Origin: Octopus vulgaris
Taxonomy: Eukaryota
Reading direction: 5' to 3'
NCBI GenBank assembly: GCA_951406725.2
Contig: OX597839.1
Span: 4,278,001 to 4,342,000, forward strand
Length of the DNA: 64,000 nucleotides
Shown here: in pieces, positions 31,163-45,760 of the stretch
Layout of the letters: each line of letters begins with the position of its first letter
Position numbering within the stretch: position 1 is the first letter of the stretch
The notes under the pieces: generated by a model
The model's database searches: none
The model's input: the letters and a program-made list of their open reading frames with translations, nothing else
What the model was told of the DNA's origin: nothing
Program-made: the position numbers and the translations under genes

Positions 31163-31487
31163 GCAATAACAATTACATCAACGGTTGCAGCTACTGCAGT
31201 AGCAGCAGCGACGAGAAATACAACATTGGCAAATAACCAAGTAACACTGAAGAAACAAGTAAATACTCATACAATACAATGAAGATTCTGCTGGATAGAA
31301 TGGATTCAGAAGAATAAAAAAAAGAACAGAGAATAAGTTTAATAGAAGCAAATAGGTTAATATATAAATGTAACTAACCATACACATACACATACACATA
31401 CACATAAACGAACAAACACCATACATATACCACTGTTACGTAGAAAATAAAAAGGAGAGAAAATTTACTCGGTATATGGTGTAGGTT

Positions 31488-31494
31488 CTTTCTG

Positions 31495-31586
<92 letters not shown>

Positions 31587-31590
31587 TCAG
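31488..31590. repeat. (TTTC)n microsatellite
   Basis: Direct reading. Confidence 0.95.
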
Positions 31591-32048
31591 TTTATCATAT
31601 ACATACATACACACATATATATATATACATATATACATACAAATACATACGTATGTGTGTGTATATATTATAGGTATACACCCACACACACATATATATA
31701 TATATACATAAATATGTGTGTACATGTATATATATTTATACATGAATATATGCATATATAAAAATATATATATGTGTGTGTGTGTGCGCGCGTGTACATA
31801 CATATGTATGTGTATATATATATATAGGCATATGCATAAATGTATATGCATTTGTGTATATATATATACATACATATATATTTATATATACATACATATA
31901 TATATATATATATATATGTATGTATATATGTATATATATATATATATATGTATGTATATATATATATGTGTGTGTACACACACACACATATGTATATGTA
32001 TATGTATCTGTATGATAAAATAAGGAGGTGTAAATCCGAGTTCTTCTG

Positions 32049-32125
<77 letters not shown>

Positions 32126-32417
32126 CGATGTTAAAGTTTAGGCACAATTTCGACCTGGGCTCTAAGTGTATGCATCTATTATATTACGTCATTCAACATC
32201 CCATTAACCACAATTTATTTATATCAATCTGTATCTATCGTTTGTATGAAGTAAAACTAAACAACGTAGTTTGTAACGGAATATATAAACACTGTCGTTT
32301 GTTTTGCCATATTTTTCTGTATGTATTCTGTGCTTTATCCAAGTGTAGATTCCAACCAAATAAAGCTTGAACTATAAATATGCATCGTCTTCAGAGTTTC
32401 GCATTTGGATTTACTGT

Positions 32418-33109
<692 letters not shown>

Positions 33110-33175
33110 AGTTCTGCTGATGATCATAGACCTAATTTTATACGTTAAATTTGAAATCACGGGTGATACAGAACT
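33110..33175 (+). ncRNA. Type-I hammerhead ribozyme motif, copy 1
   Basis: agttctg-CTGATGA-(29 nt)-GAAA-tcac(gg)gtga-TA-cagaact: 7-bp stem I, paired stem III; stem II weakened (aaattt versus aaatgt in copy 2). Confidence 0.75.
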
Positions 33176-33597
33176 AAATTCATTTTTTAAATGTCTTGCT
33201 TTGAAGAACTGCATTAGGTATGATTAGTGTAATTTTGGTAGTAATGACTTATGTCCCTCTTAGTGTGAGGCATTTATGTGTAATAATGCCCTCTATACAA
33301 TATAAATATAATTAATATGTTCAAAAGGAAAAAAATTATTTTCGAATTCTTTTCTCTTATGAGGTTTTCACGCTAACTACCTGATAATTTCTTGTTAAGA
33401 TTCCTTATTAAGAAGTTATCCTTAATTGTTAAATTTATTCCGAAATACTTTTCTTACCCGACATGCAGTTCGAAAAAGCCCGCCATTTACCGAATATATG
33501 ATTTATAAACATTTCCATGTGCTTCGCCGGAGTGAATAGATATCTGTTCGTCTTCGCCAGGTAAAGTTGGTCGTTTATTTATGAGGTGTTCAGAATC

Positions 33598-33663
33598 AGT
33601 TCTGCTGATGATCATAGACCTAATTTTATACGTTAAATGTGAAATCACGGGTGATACAGAACT
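33598..33663 (+). ncRNA. Type-I hammerhead ribozyme motif, copy 2
   Basis: agttctg-CTGATGA-t-cat...atg-t-GAAA-tcac(gg)gtga-TA-cagaact; predicted cleavage after AUA at 33656. Confidence 0.8.
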
Positions 33664-33784
33664 AAATTCATTTTTTAAATGTCTTGCTTTGAAGAACTGC
33701 ATTAGGTATGATTAGTGTAATTTTGGTAGTAATGACTTATGTCCCTCTTAGTGTGAGGCATTTATGTGTAATAATGCCCTCTAT

Positions 33785-33852
<68 letters not shown>

Positions 33853-33863
33853 TATATATATAT

Positions 33864-34265
33864 AGGAGTGTCTGTGTGGTAAGTGGCTTGCTTACCAGCC
33901 ACATGGTTCCGGGTTCAGTCCCATTGCGTGGCACCTTGGCCAAGTGTCTTCTACTATAACCTCGGGCTGACCAAAGCCTTGTGAGTGGATTTGGTAGACG
34001 GAAACTGAAAGAAGCCCGTCGCATATACACATATATATATGTATATATATATATGTATGTGTATGTGTATATGATTGCGTGCCTGTGTTTGTCCCCCCAA
34101 CATCACTTGACAACCGATGCCGGTGCGTTTACGTACCAGTAACTTAACGGTTCGGCAAAAGACACCGATAGAATAAGTACTAGGCTTATAAAGAGTGAGT
34201 ACTGGGGTCGACTAAAGGCGGTGCTCCAGCAAAGCCGCAGTCAAATGGCTGAAATAAGTAAAAGA
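33864..34265 (+). mobile_element. SINE family C, full length
   Basis: aggagtgtctgtgtggtaagtggcttgc...ggttcagtccc (B-box-like)...gcaccttggccaagtgtctt (CORE-like)...ggcggtgctccagc. Confidence 0.9.
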
Positions 34266-34685
34266 ATATATATATATATGTTATATACTTATTATTTAAC
34301 GGTTTACCCCCCCGCTCCTCATTCGCATGAAGGAGTGTCCATCAAAAGTTCCCTCATCTGTTTCAGGCAAACATATAAATCAAAAATCAACTCGTGTGTA
34401 TAGACCTGTAGTAACACAAACGAAAGCAGATTTTTTTCTTGATCTCATGTTAACGTCATTGCAGAACTTTACTCACGGCGTGTCGTATTAATTCTATTAC
34501 CATTACTATATATATTGAACTTGAAAGGAAACGGAAATTGCTCCTGTGTAACATCAAAACATTAACCATTAAATAATGAATTATACACGGAATTCCATGT
34601 ATTAAATTAACATTTTTATAATGAATTAAATGTCATTTACATGATATATTTAATAATTCATAATCAATATGGTATTCTAAATGCA

Positions 34686-35070
34686 GGCGGCGAGTTGGCA
34701 GAATCGTTAGTACGTCGGGTAAAATACTAAGTGGTATTTCGTCCGTGTTATGTTCTGAGTTCAAATCCCGCCGAGGTCGACTTTGCCTTTCATCCTTTCG
34801 GGGTCGATAAATTAAGTACCAGTTACGCACTGGGGTCAATGTAATCGAGTTAATCCGTTTGTCTGTCCTTGTTTGTCCTTTCTGTGTTTAGCCCCTTGTG
34901 GGTAGTAAAGAAATAGGTATTTCGTCCGTGCTATGTTCTGAGTTCAAATTCCGCCGAGGTCGACTTTACCTTTTATCCTTTCGGGGCTGGTAAAATAAGT
35001 ACCAGTTGAATACTGGGGTCAATGTAATCGACTTAGCGCCACTCCCGTAATTGCGGGCCTTGTGCTTTAG
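34686..35070 (+). mobile_element. SINE A dimer
   Basis: Full unit, then restart at ggtatttcg (34916), ending in the alternative tail gcgggccttgtgc. Confidence 0.9.
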
Positions 35071-35564
35071 AAGCTTGCTTCCCAACTACATGACTCCGAG
35101 TTCAGTCCCACCTCGAGCAAGTATTTATATCTATGGATAACGAAAAGACCCTGTGGGTAGATAGTAAACTGGATCTAGAAAGAGTGCTTTTGAATGTATG
35201 AGAACTTAGTAGATAGATTGATAGGTAGATAGATAAATATACATACATAGAGACAGAGAGGCAGACAGTTAGATAGATAGATAGATAAAGAGATAGAGTG
35301 ATTGAAGGGTAGAAAAATTGATTGATTGATAAATAGAAAGACAGAGTCTTAGATAAATAGAGTGATAAATTGATTGATTGATAGATAGATGTTTAGATGG
35401 AAAGATAGATAGAAGGGTAGAGAGATAGAGGGATAGAAACAGGAATAAATATATAGATAAAAAACATATGTATAAACACACACACATATTGATAGATACA
35501 TAACTAGATAGAGTTCTGTATTAGTTAATAGATAGACAGAAAGATAGAAAGATTGATTGATTTA

Positions 35565-35611
<47 letters not shown>

Positions 35612-36833
35612 GAGAGAGAGAGAGACAGAGAGAGAGAGATAGACAGACAGATAAAGCACGAGAGGGAAAGAGTGGGAGAGAAAGGGAGAGGGGAAAAGAA
35701 ACTACATGAGAGAAAAAGCATACGCGGGCGATGCAAGAGATGGAGAAAGAGGAACAGTGACAGGGAGAGAAGACGGAAGTCAGTTTTGGATCTAGTAGGC
35801 AGAATGAGGCCATCAATAGCTTGTTAAGATATCGACTCGTAAGCCTTGATTTGACGATGTTTGGAAAAAGAGAATGAGCGAGCGCCATAGTATGCTGCGC
35901 ATGCGTGTAAGTGAATACTGCTGGCTGTGTGTATATATATATATATGTGTGTATACATATACACATATAAGTGTCTCTGTTTGTCTCTGTGTGCCTGTTT
36001 GACGAAGCATTTACTTGGAGGGTTCTTGAATATGTGTAGAATTAAATAAATAAATTCGATTTATCCACTCATTTGTTTATGCAAGAATAAAGATATGTTA
36101 AATTTATCTCATCTGTATTTCTTTTTTTTACAAAGTGGCGCTTTGTTTCTTAACTGTTGGCACCTCTCAGTCGCAATGTTGTCTTTATATTCTTAATATT
36201 ATATATATATATATATATTTCTCTTTATGAGTGGTCTCTGGCAATAAATCATTTCGTATATCGAGGCATTACCGTACTTGACAAAACTATGTACAGAGAG
36301 TCAAAATGACCGTAAAGTGAGCGTCAACGAAAAAATACAAAACTCCCTATTCGTATCATGTATTAAGTACTAAGCATGAAAGAAGTCCTTTTAGCTTGTA
36401 AGCTTACCACAAGAAAAGCAAGAGCCAATCGACTTGCGTAATAGCGCGAGTCAGCTTGCAGAAACACGCGTATGTTGTATAAAGCTGAAAAACATCAATT
36501 ACGTTTTCTGCTTTGTTATTACTGTTATTACTGCTACAAAGGTTCAGTCTTCAAATTTTGACGGTAGCTTGATAGAAATCCTGTCCATCATTTTAGCTCA
36601 CAGCCAGAGTTTGTCGACTTACTGATTATAGTATGATTTTCACGTCTTATGTGAAACTTAGGGTCACGGTTTGTCTTCTGACTAACTACTGCATATATAT
36701 AAATAATAATTTAGCTAATTTTGACGGCAGCTTAACAAGCCTCATGTCCATCATTTTGGTTTATAGTCAGGATTTCTCAACAATTAAATCGGCTGGGCTA
36801 CGTTATAGTCACCATATATGTTTAGTATCCGCC

Positions 36834-36910
<77 letters not shown>

Positions 36911-36911
<1 letters not shown>

Positions 36912-37222
36912 AGCAAAGATGGTGTGTGCGAGAGACGAAACCACTTTGAGCATGATCCTGTAAATCGTAAAAGAGAGAGAGGGAGTAATTTGCTCTCATG
37001 TGTTCATTTCCTCCCTCCCTGCCTGAGGTTATCGTGGTCTTTTCTGTAGACTTTTCTTTCCACGGATGAACTAAAATTTCTTTCTGTGATACACGATCCC
37101 TTTTGATCGAAATTTTACATTTGTTTCCTTCTTTTTCTTTTCCCTTTTCCATCTTCGAAAAGAAAAGCTCTACATTTATATTTGTCCCCTCTGTGACCAG
37201 CCCTGTGTGGCCAATAAAGAAA

Positions 37223-37225
<3 letters not shown>
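36911..37225 (+). mobile_element. L1/Tx1-like retrotransposon, short 5'-truncated 3' end in (TATC)n
   Basis: Homologous to 38540-38975 (gaggtta.cgtggtctttt, acgatcccttttgatcgaaa, ccctgtgtgg..aataaagaaa); TATC repeats on both sides. Confidence 0.8.
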
Positions 37226-37300
<75 letters not shown>

Positions 37301-37785
37301 GCCCTTCCTCGGCCTCTTTTTGATCCACGACTGCAGTTCGGTCATGGAGACGAGCTGCGGGAAAGCGTGCCTCACAAACGGCGACCACACCTGTTCACCG
37401 TCGTCTACATAGAGCCAGAGATGCCGCAGTCTCAGCGCGTGTCTGCGCATCATCAACCACGGCATGCCCAGCCCTCCTTTTAACGGGTGTTGACAGCAAA
37501 TGGATCGCCTGACCATCGGGACGCATCCTTTCCACAAGAAGCGAAAGAGGATGCGTTGTAGTTTGGTGATGGTAGGGTCGGGACAAGGTACGACGGTCAG
37601 GCGGTAGTAGATGACGGACGCGATGTACGTGTTCGCCACCTCCGCTCGACCTTTTAGGGACAGTTTCCTCTCGGCCCATTGCCGGGCGAGAGTGACCACC
37701 CTACTCGTTATCTCGTTCCAGTTCTTCTCCACTTGGAGGTCCGGACCAAACCAGACCCCGAGCAACTCAACCGGGCCGTCGGTCC
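37301..37785 (-). pseudogene. Inverted ORF2 segment (RT thumb/post-RT region)
   Basis: ORF 37292..37765: LGVWFGPDLQVEKNW...RKLSLKGRAEVANTYIASVIYY...PLKGGLGMP. Confidence 0.85.
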
Positions 37786-37888
37786 AGCGACGGCCCGGTT
37801 GAGTTGCTCGGGGTCTGGTTTGGTCCGGACCTCCAAGTGGAGAAGAACTGGAACGAGATAACGAGTAGGGTGGTCACTCTCGCCCGGC
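37681..37888. repeat. Perfect ~101-bp inverted repeat (fold-back), 6-nt loop gtccag
   Basis: 37681-37781 is the reverse complement of 37788-37888. Confidence 0.95.
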
Positions 37889-38601
37889 GAATGGCACCGC
37901 GAGTGTCGCGTTGCTCTCAAGCAACTCTGCCGTCCTGGGTCGACCTTAAGTGACTTCAACACAACCAAAGCATTCTATAGGGGTTTAGTGGAGGGGAGGT
38001 ACGACGACGAGCTCGGGGCGAACCTGGACGTCGACGAGGAGTACCTGACCCGCCTGTTCAGGACGACTTTCGGGCCAGGGCCCATGGACAACTTCCAGAG
38101 ATCCCTGGCCTGGCAGTGCTACCGAGAAGCGCTACCCGTTCGGGATAAGCTCTACAGACACGGCTCGAGAAACACGGGGCCGACCTGCCCGAGATGCGGT
38201 CAGAGCGACGAAACCGTTCTGCACGCACTCGTTCAGTGTCCAACAATTTCCGACCTGTGGGCTTATGTCGAACAACTGCTGTCACGTGTGGGACGAGTCG
38301 GTTTATCAGCTGAGTCTATCGTCAATATTGTCACGCCTCCTTCCTTCAAACGGGAAGGAAGAGCTATTTTCATCATCCTTGTGGCTATGGCGAAAGAATG
38401 TATCTGGTGGACGCGTCTGAAAGGATTGGAGACAAACACTTTCCTCTCTGGTCAATCTCTCATCAACTTCTTCAAGTACCACTTGAAAAGGAAAGTGAGT
38501 AGAGAGGCAAGTTTTGTCTAGCGAATGTTTTAAAAAGATGGGTGAATGTAGCAAGAATGGCACGTATGAATGACGAAGCCACCTTGAGCATAGTCCTATG
38601 A
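37886..38601 (+). pseudogene. ORF2 C-terminus with zf-RVT-type CCHC knuckle; probable frameshift near 38500
   Basis: GEWHRECRVALKQL...AWQCYREALPVRDKL...CPRCGQSDETVLHALVQC...LW. Confidence 0.85.
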
Positions 38602-38974
38602 ACCCAGAAATCGAAAACAGAGAGTTGCTTATTTGCAAAAAAAAAAAAAAAAGAAATATAAAATGTGACTTCATTGACCGAGGTTACCGTGGTCTTTTCC
38701 GTAGGCTTTTCTTTCCACGGGTAAACCTCACCTGTCCTCCCCTTTACACTTCATATTGACATTTCTGTGATAACGATCCCTATTGATCAATTTTTTTTTC
38801 CTCTCCCCCTTTTTTTAACCCCCCTTTTTTTGTCCTCTTTCTCTCCTTTTACGATCCCTTTTGATCGAAACTCCCCCTTCCTTTTTTTTTTTTTTTTTTA
38901 AACCTTCAAAAGAAAAGCTCTACCTTGTAATTTGTTCTATCTGTGTGCAGCCCTGTGTGGCTAATAAAGAAACA

Positions 38975-39013
<39 letters not shown>

Positions 39014-39653
39014 GTACTGTTCCGATATGATAGGTTCAACGAAAAATGTACTCCATCTGGTGAGAGATAAATATTATTTAATAAACGCAATACATATTTT
39101 TATGAGTTCCTATTAGTTTCATAAAATGAAAACATCAAAGATAGCATATTTTTTAGCACGTCTGAAGCCTTCATGCAATCCCCAGGCCGTGCCCACATGT
39201 CATAACAAGTTAAAAAAGAAAAAAAAAGAAATAGGGGAAAATTTGAGTTATATACCCTTTAACGTGAAGTCATAGGGCTGGAGGCAGTCAGACAGACAGA
39301 CGGACAGATAGACAGATAGATAGATAGATAGATAGATAGATATTTATAGAGATACATCAACAGAAATACACAAGCTTTCAAAAGAAGAATGGCGTAGAAA
39401 CATACGCAATCACAAGCACAGTTGCACACAAACACACACACACACACACACACACACATAATACACGAACACACTCGATACACACCATACACACAGGTAC
39501 ACAAACTCAAACACAATCATTATGCAAAAACATACAGACACGCGTAACGTACACATCCAAGCATACACATTTTTACACGCGTATATACACACTCACACAT
39601 ATGTACACAAACAGGTGCACATACATATTTCATATATATATATATATATATTA

Positions 39654-39800
39654 TTCCGCCGAGGTCGACTTTGCCTTTCATCCTTTCGGGGTCGATAAAT
39701 AAAGTACCAGTTTCGCACTGGGGTCGATATAATCGACTTAGCCCGTCTATCTGTCCTTGTTTGTCCCCTCTATGTTTAGCCCCTTGTGGGCAATATAGAA
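39654..39800 (+). mobile_element. SINE A, 5'-truncated
   Basis: ttccgccgaggtcgactttgcctttcatcctttcggggtcga...gccccttgtgggcaata. Confidence 0.85.
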
Positions 39801-39821
39801 ATATATATATATATTATATAT

Positions 39822-39919
<98 letters not shown>

Positions 39920-39921
39920 TG

Positions 39922-39998
<77 letters not shown>

Positions 39999-39999
39999 G

Positions 40000-40106
<107 letters not shown>

Positions 40107-40107
40107 G

Positions 40108-40169
<62 letters not shown>

Positions 40170-41134
40170 AATCTATCTATACATACATACATACATACAT
40201 ACATACGTATAGACATATATGCACGTACTTAATTAAATGCTAGCTAAGGCAATATTGTATGTAAAGCTTATGTCATCGAGACCTAGCGAATACCGAAGAG
40301 CAGAATTAAATAATATAATAATATAATAATAATAACAAAATAAATATATAATAAAAAAACCCAAAAAACAAACACACACACAGAATAGCCGCATAACTGA
40401 TTGAGCGTATGAGCGAATAAGCGAATAAGCGAATAACCGTTTGTTTGAATTTGATGTGGGTGACTAAACTATCCAATTCACTTAATGTATCTTTTTGATT
40501 GGTTGGTATGTTTTGTTGTATTGTTTACGTCATCTTTCTTACTGATGTGACTCGTGGATTTTCTGCTTGTTTTTGTTTGTTTATTTGTTGGTTTGTTTTG
40601 TTTGTTTTTTTTATTCCTTGTCGATTGTAAGAATGAAGGTTGTTTAGTGAAGAAGTTCAAATCGATTAAAGATCGATCGACGCACCTCTTACCCTTCGAC
40701 CCCCACCCCCAATCACCTTTCAGAGAATATAAATACAAAAAAAAAAAGAAAGAATATTCTGCTGCGCTTATTTAAAAAAAAAAGGGAACTCAGATGAATA
40801 AGCATATGTCTGCGTGTGTATGTGAGTGTTGGGTTTATGTGCGTGTGTGCATGTGTTTCCGTTTCCGTTTGTGTGTACGTGCGTGTGTGTGTAAGTGCGT
40901 ATCTGTATGTGAGTAAATATATATATATATATAAACGATGAATAGCTTTGCGTAAACCATGGTTCGTTTTGTTCTCTTACTTTATTATCATCTTATAATC
41001 ATCTCCTAATAATGGCTTTTATGACTCGTGTTACTACCTCAGTCAATCTAAATGTATATATTTGTCTTTACCTGTCATAAATAGCCTTTTTTTTTATTTG
41101 CAATGTGCATTTTCGTTGATTTTTCATATTTTAC

Positions 41135-41202
<68 letters not shown>

Positions 41203-41358
41203 TTTTGCTAGCAAAAACTGTCCGACTAACGGCAACGGGAAACTCAGAGAAACAGGTTTTGTTGAATTTTCTGCTGCTTTGAATAAAGCATATTACTCTA
41301 CCACTGGTATTTGAGTACTCTTTTTTCCACCTTGTTTCACATTTATGTGTTTACTCCA

Positions 41359-41410
<52 letters not shown>

Positions 41411-41413
<3 letters not shown>

Positions 41414-41550
41414 CGCAGGAGTGGCTGTGTGGTAAGTAGCTTGCTTACCGACCACATGGTTCTGGGTTTAGTCCTACTGCGTGGCACCTTGGGCAAATGT
41501 CTTCTACTATAGCCTCGGGTCTTGTGATTGGATTTGGTAGACGGAAACTG
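41411..41550 (+). mobile_element. SINE C 5' part
   Basis: aggcgcaggagtggctgtgtggtaagtagcttgc...gtagacggaaactgaa. Confidence 0.85.
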
Positions 41551-41959
41551 AATTATGGGTGACAATTTCATATGACACCGCTAGAAAAAAAAAAACTGCC
41601 GTTCAAACCGAAAAGATCCAAGTGGTTTGCTAAAGAACATAACGCCCCATCTGATCTGGGAATCGAACCACAATCTAGCGATTGTGAGGGCAACAGCGTA
41701 ACCACTAAGACACGCGCCTTCACACACACATACACATACACACACACACACGACACACACATATATGTATACATATATTTATATATTTCATGTGTGTGTA
41801 TATGTGTGTGTGTATGTATCTGATTTAATTCGGAGATTGTGTTCGCATGAGTGCTTCCATGCTTGTATGTTTGCATGTTAATGCATTTCTCTATATGTAA
41901 GTGCGCATATATACACAAATATATGCATGTATGTATACATATAAGTACATATATATATA

Positions 41960-42264
41960 TCACCGTGATCACCGTGACCGACCAGGCTATCAGATGTTGT
42001 TACACATCGCTGGTTACAATGCGCTTCGCATTGTTTTAGCCTTCAAATGACGCCACCCCGCTGGCTAAGCAAGCGGGCCAACAGAAGAAAAAGTGAGAGA
42101 AAGTTGTGGCGAAAGAGTACAGCAGGGATCGCCCCCGCCTGCCGGAGCCTCGTGGAGCTTTTGGTGTTTTCGCTCAATAAGCACTCACAACACCCGGTCT
42201 GGGAATCGAAACCGCGATCCTACGACCGCGAGTCCGCTGCCCTAACCACTGGGCCATTGCACCT
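41960..42264 (-). mobile_element. SINE family B (tail a), full length
   Basis: Same head and tail as 4268-4570. Confidence 0.9.
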
Positions 42265-42314
42265 CTACACACACACACACACACACAGACACACACACAC
42301 ACACACACGCACAC

Positions 42315-42354
<40 letters not shown>

Positions 42355-42809
42355 TCAAACAATTATACATACATGCACAGACATTCAAAGATGTTTATAA
42401 GCCGGCGTGTCTCTTTATGCGTGTATGTGTACGATTCTGTGCATGTCTGTGTATGTGTGTGTTTGTGTGAAGATATGATTGTGTGTATTTAATCCATTTA
42501 GACTGTTTTATCAGCGCAGTTATTAGTTGAACATTTGCTGAAGCAAATAGTGATTACATGTCTGCTGGTAGGAAACATCTTTTTTCACAACGCTGAAGTA
42601 CAGAAATACACTAATGCATAAACAGCTACTCCCCACTCTTACTCCATCTATCTGTGTATCTACATATATGTATGCATGGACGTATGTATGTATGTATGTA
42701 TGTATGTATGTATGTATGTATGTATGTATGTATGTATGTATGTATGTATGTATGTATGTATGTATGCATGTATGTATGTATGTATGTATGTATGTATGTA
42801 TGTATGTAT

Positions 42810-43211
42810 ACTCTTTTACTTGTTTCAGTCATTTGACTGCGGCCATGCTGGAGCATCACCTTTAGTCGAGCAAATCGACTCCGGGACTTATTCTTTGTAA
42901 GCCCAGTACTTATTCTATCGGTCTCTTTTGCCGAACCGCTAAGTGACGGGGACGTAAACACACCAGCATCGGTTGTCAAGCAATGCTAGGGGGACAAACA
43001 CAGACACACAAACATATACACACACATACATATATATATATATACATATATACGACAGGATTCTTTCAGTTTCCGTCTACCAAATCCACTCACAAGGCTT
43101 TGGTCGGCCCGAGGCTATAGCAGAAGACACTTGCGCAAGGTGCCACGCAGTGGGACTGAACCCGGAACCATGTGGTTGGTTAGCAAGCTACTTACCACAC
43201 AGCCACTCCTG
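42810..43211 (-). mobile_element. SINE family C, full length
   Basis: Near-identical to 50725-51126. Confidence 0.92.
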
Positions 43212-43723
43212 TATTGATCGTAGCAGGTGGAGACGGATTGTGCACGAGGGGACAGCCACTTTTGAGAAATCTCGAGTTGCACATGAGAAAGAGGAAGTCA
43301 GGAAGGGCATCGCTGTTACACTTCCAGATGGGAAGGGTCTTCCAATGATGCTGACATGCAGTGTCTGTGCAAGACCCTGCCTCAGTAAAGCTGGATTCAA
43401 GAGTCATCTTCGTAGTCATAAAGCGAGACAGATGAGTGACAACCTGGCCACTGGTGGTGGTGTAACACACCATACTAATCATATCTGTCGGGAATGTGGA
43501 AGCGAGTGTAATTCGGCAGGAGGACTTAAACGACATGCTAAGGTACATGAAGCCCAGTTACAACTACAGTCGGCTATTACCCGTAAAGGTTTTAGCTGCC
43601 AATTCTGTACAAGACATTGTAGATCTTTAGCTGCGCTAAAAAGTCACATTCGATCACAGTACCAATAACAGTTAAGCTTCGTGCAATGGCCATACTCGAT
43701 AACGAGGGGGCAGCCATCATCAT
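43212..43723 (+). mobile_element. RTE-like retrotransposon 3' fragment encoding three C2H2-type zinc fingers
   Basis: DRSRWRRIVHEGTATFE motif, then CSVC..HLRSH, CREC..HAKVH, CQFC..HIRSQ; stop at 43668; short 3' UTR with ctcg(ataa)cgag hairpin and (cat) tail. Confidence 0.75.
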
Positions 43724-44013
43724 GTATGTATGTATGTATGTATGTATGTATGTATGTATGTATGTATGTATGTATGTATGTATGTATGTATGTATGTACG
43801 ACTCTGTCTGTGTAGGTATGTATACGTTGGCGTAACGAAAGGACGAAAGAGGATACAATACAAACAGTAAAGTGCAATTAATTTATTTGGCTGAAAGCAA
43901 TTAACCACTCCTCGTGAGTTTCTTTCAATCTACGATGTTTCAGCAGACGACAGCCATAATGGAAGAAAACAATAACCGCCATTGCTGCCGTGTGGCTAAA
44001 ATCACTGGTGTGC

Positions 44014-44044
<31 letters not shown>

Positions 44045-44094
44045 TGTATGTATGTATGTATGTATGTATGTATGTATGTATGTATGTATGTATG

Positions 44095-44135
<41 letters not shown>

Positions 44136-44163
44136 AAATAAGCTACAAAGATATCCAAGGTAG

Positions 44164-44251
44164 TGTAGTACAATCGTTTCATGCTACTTCATTTTATTAA
44201 ACACTGTAAGTATTACACCAGTTTTAAAATGTCGAGCAATCTTCAGCCACA
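44164..44251 (-). ncRNA. Type-I hammerhead motif with long stem II
   Basis: Minus: tgtgg-CTGAAGA-t-tgct...agca-t-GAAA-cg(at)tg-TA-ctaca; homolog at 59334-59417. Confidence 0.75.
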
Positions 44252-44286
44252 TATAGAATGTATATATATATTAATATCTATATCTA

Positions 44287-44401
<115 letters not shown>

Positions 44402-45115
44402 ATATATATATATATATATATATTTCACCTTTTAGTTGTTTCAGTCATTTGATTGCGGCCATACTGGAATACCGCCCTGAAGGATTTTTAGTCGAACAAA
44501 TCTACCTCAGGACGTACTTTTTTAAAGCTTCATACTTATTCTATCAGTTTCTTGTAGTACATTGGGGTATTGTCATCTCTCTCTCTATATATATATACTA
44601 GTTTGACCAAATCCATTGACAGCAAATGTTTTAACAGGCCATATAAGCAAAGACGTTTCCTCAATACTAATCTCCTTTTTCTTTCCTGGCAGAGGGCACC
44701 AGAAACTACAAAATGTGATGTGTCCATTTTAAAAAAATACTACCATATTTCTGAAGCGTTTTTTGCTTACTATTAAGTATACGCTATTAATCATACAATG
44801 TAGATTTCTGCATACATGACAATAACGAACAACAAAGTCAGCTACATATGCAATACATGCTTCAATATTCGTCTTTCTGTATGGATAGTCTGTTGGCTTC
44901 TGTGCTGGTTATAAGCTTATTATCGTTGTTAATTACTTTTCTTTATCTCTCGTGTTTACTGTATCACCATTAAAAGATTGTTTTCTTTTACAATTTTCCT
45001 CCCAACTTTCTAACAAACAATTACAATAATTATATAGACTGAAAACTGAGACTGTGGTTTTAGATCGTAGATAAAAACATAATGTGATATACATGCTAAA
45101 ATGAAATACCTCGTA

Positions 45116-45440
<325 letters not shown>

Positions 45441-45760
45441 CATATAAAACGTGTATGTGTGCTCTATAATGCTCAAATAAATCTCTCTGTATACACATAT
45501 ATAAATGTATGCATCAGCATATATACCCATACACTCACACAAACACACACATACAGATATACATGGAGAAACAAGAACAAAATATACTTCTGTATAATAG
45601 TTTCTATGTGCGTTTCGTCGTCGTTACGGCTAATTGAAGCCCTGCGATGAAAGTTACAAATACATATAAATGTTCAGCCACAAAGAGTTCTCAGTGAACA
45701 TTTTATTGCATCACGTTACAGGAACCATCTGTACAGAAAGCAGACTAGATCATAAAAATC

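Larger units (their letters stand above)
37301..38975 (+). mobile_element. L1/Tx1-like retrotransposon, 5'-truncated with 5' inversion, in (TATC)n
   Basis: Post-RT motifs LGVWF...LSLKGR...FLWKG...KGGLGMP on the minus strand; CPRC-x7-H-x4-C knuckle and 3' UTR on the plus strand. Confidence 0.9.

Noticed and set aside
42973-43668. 231-aa host C2H2 zinc-finger gene
   Set aside because: The N-terminal third is antisense SINE C, and the rest carries retrotransposon C-terminal and 3' tail features.
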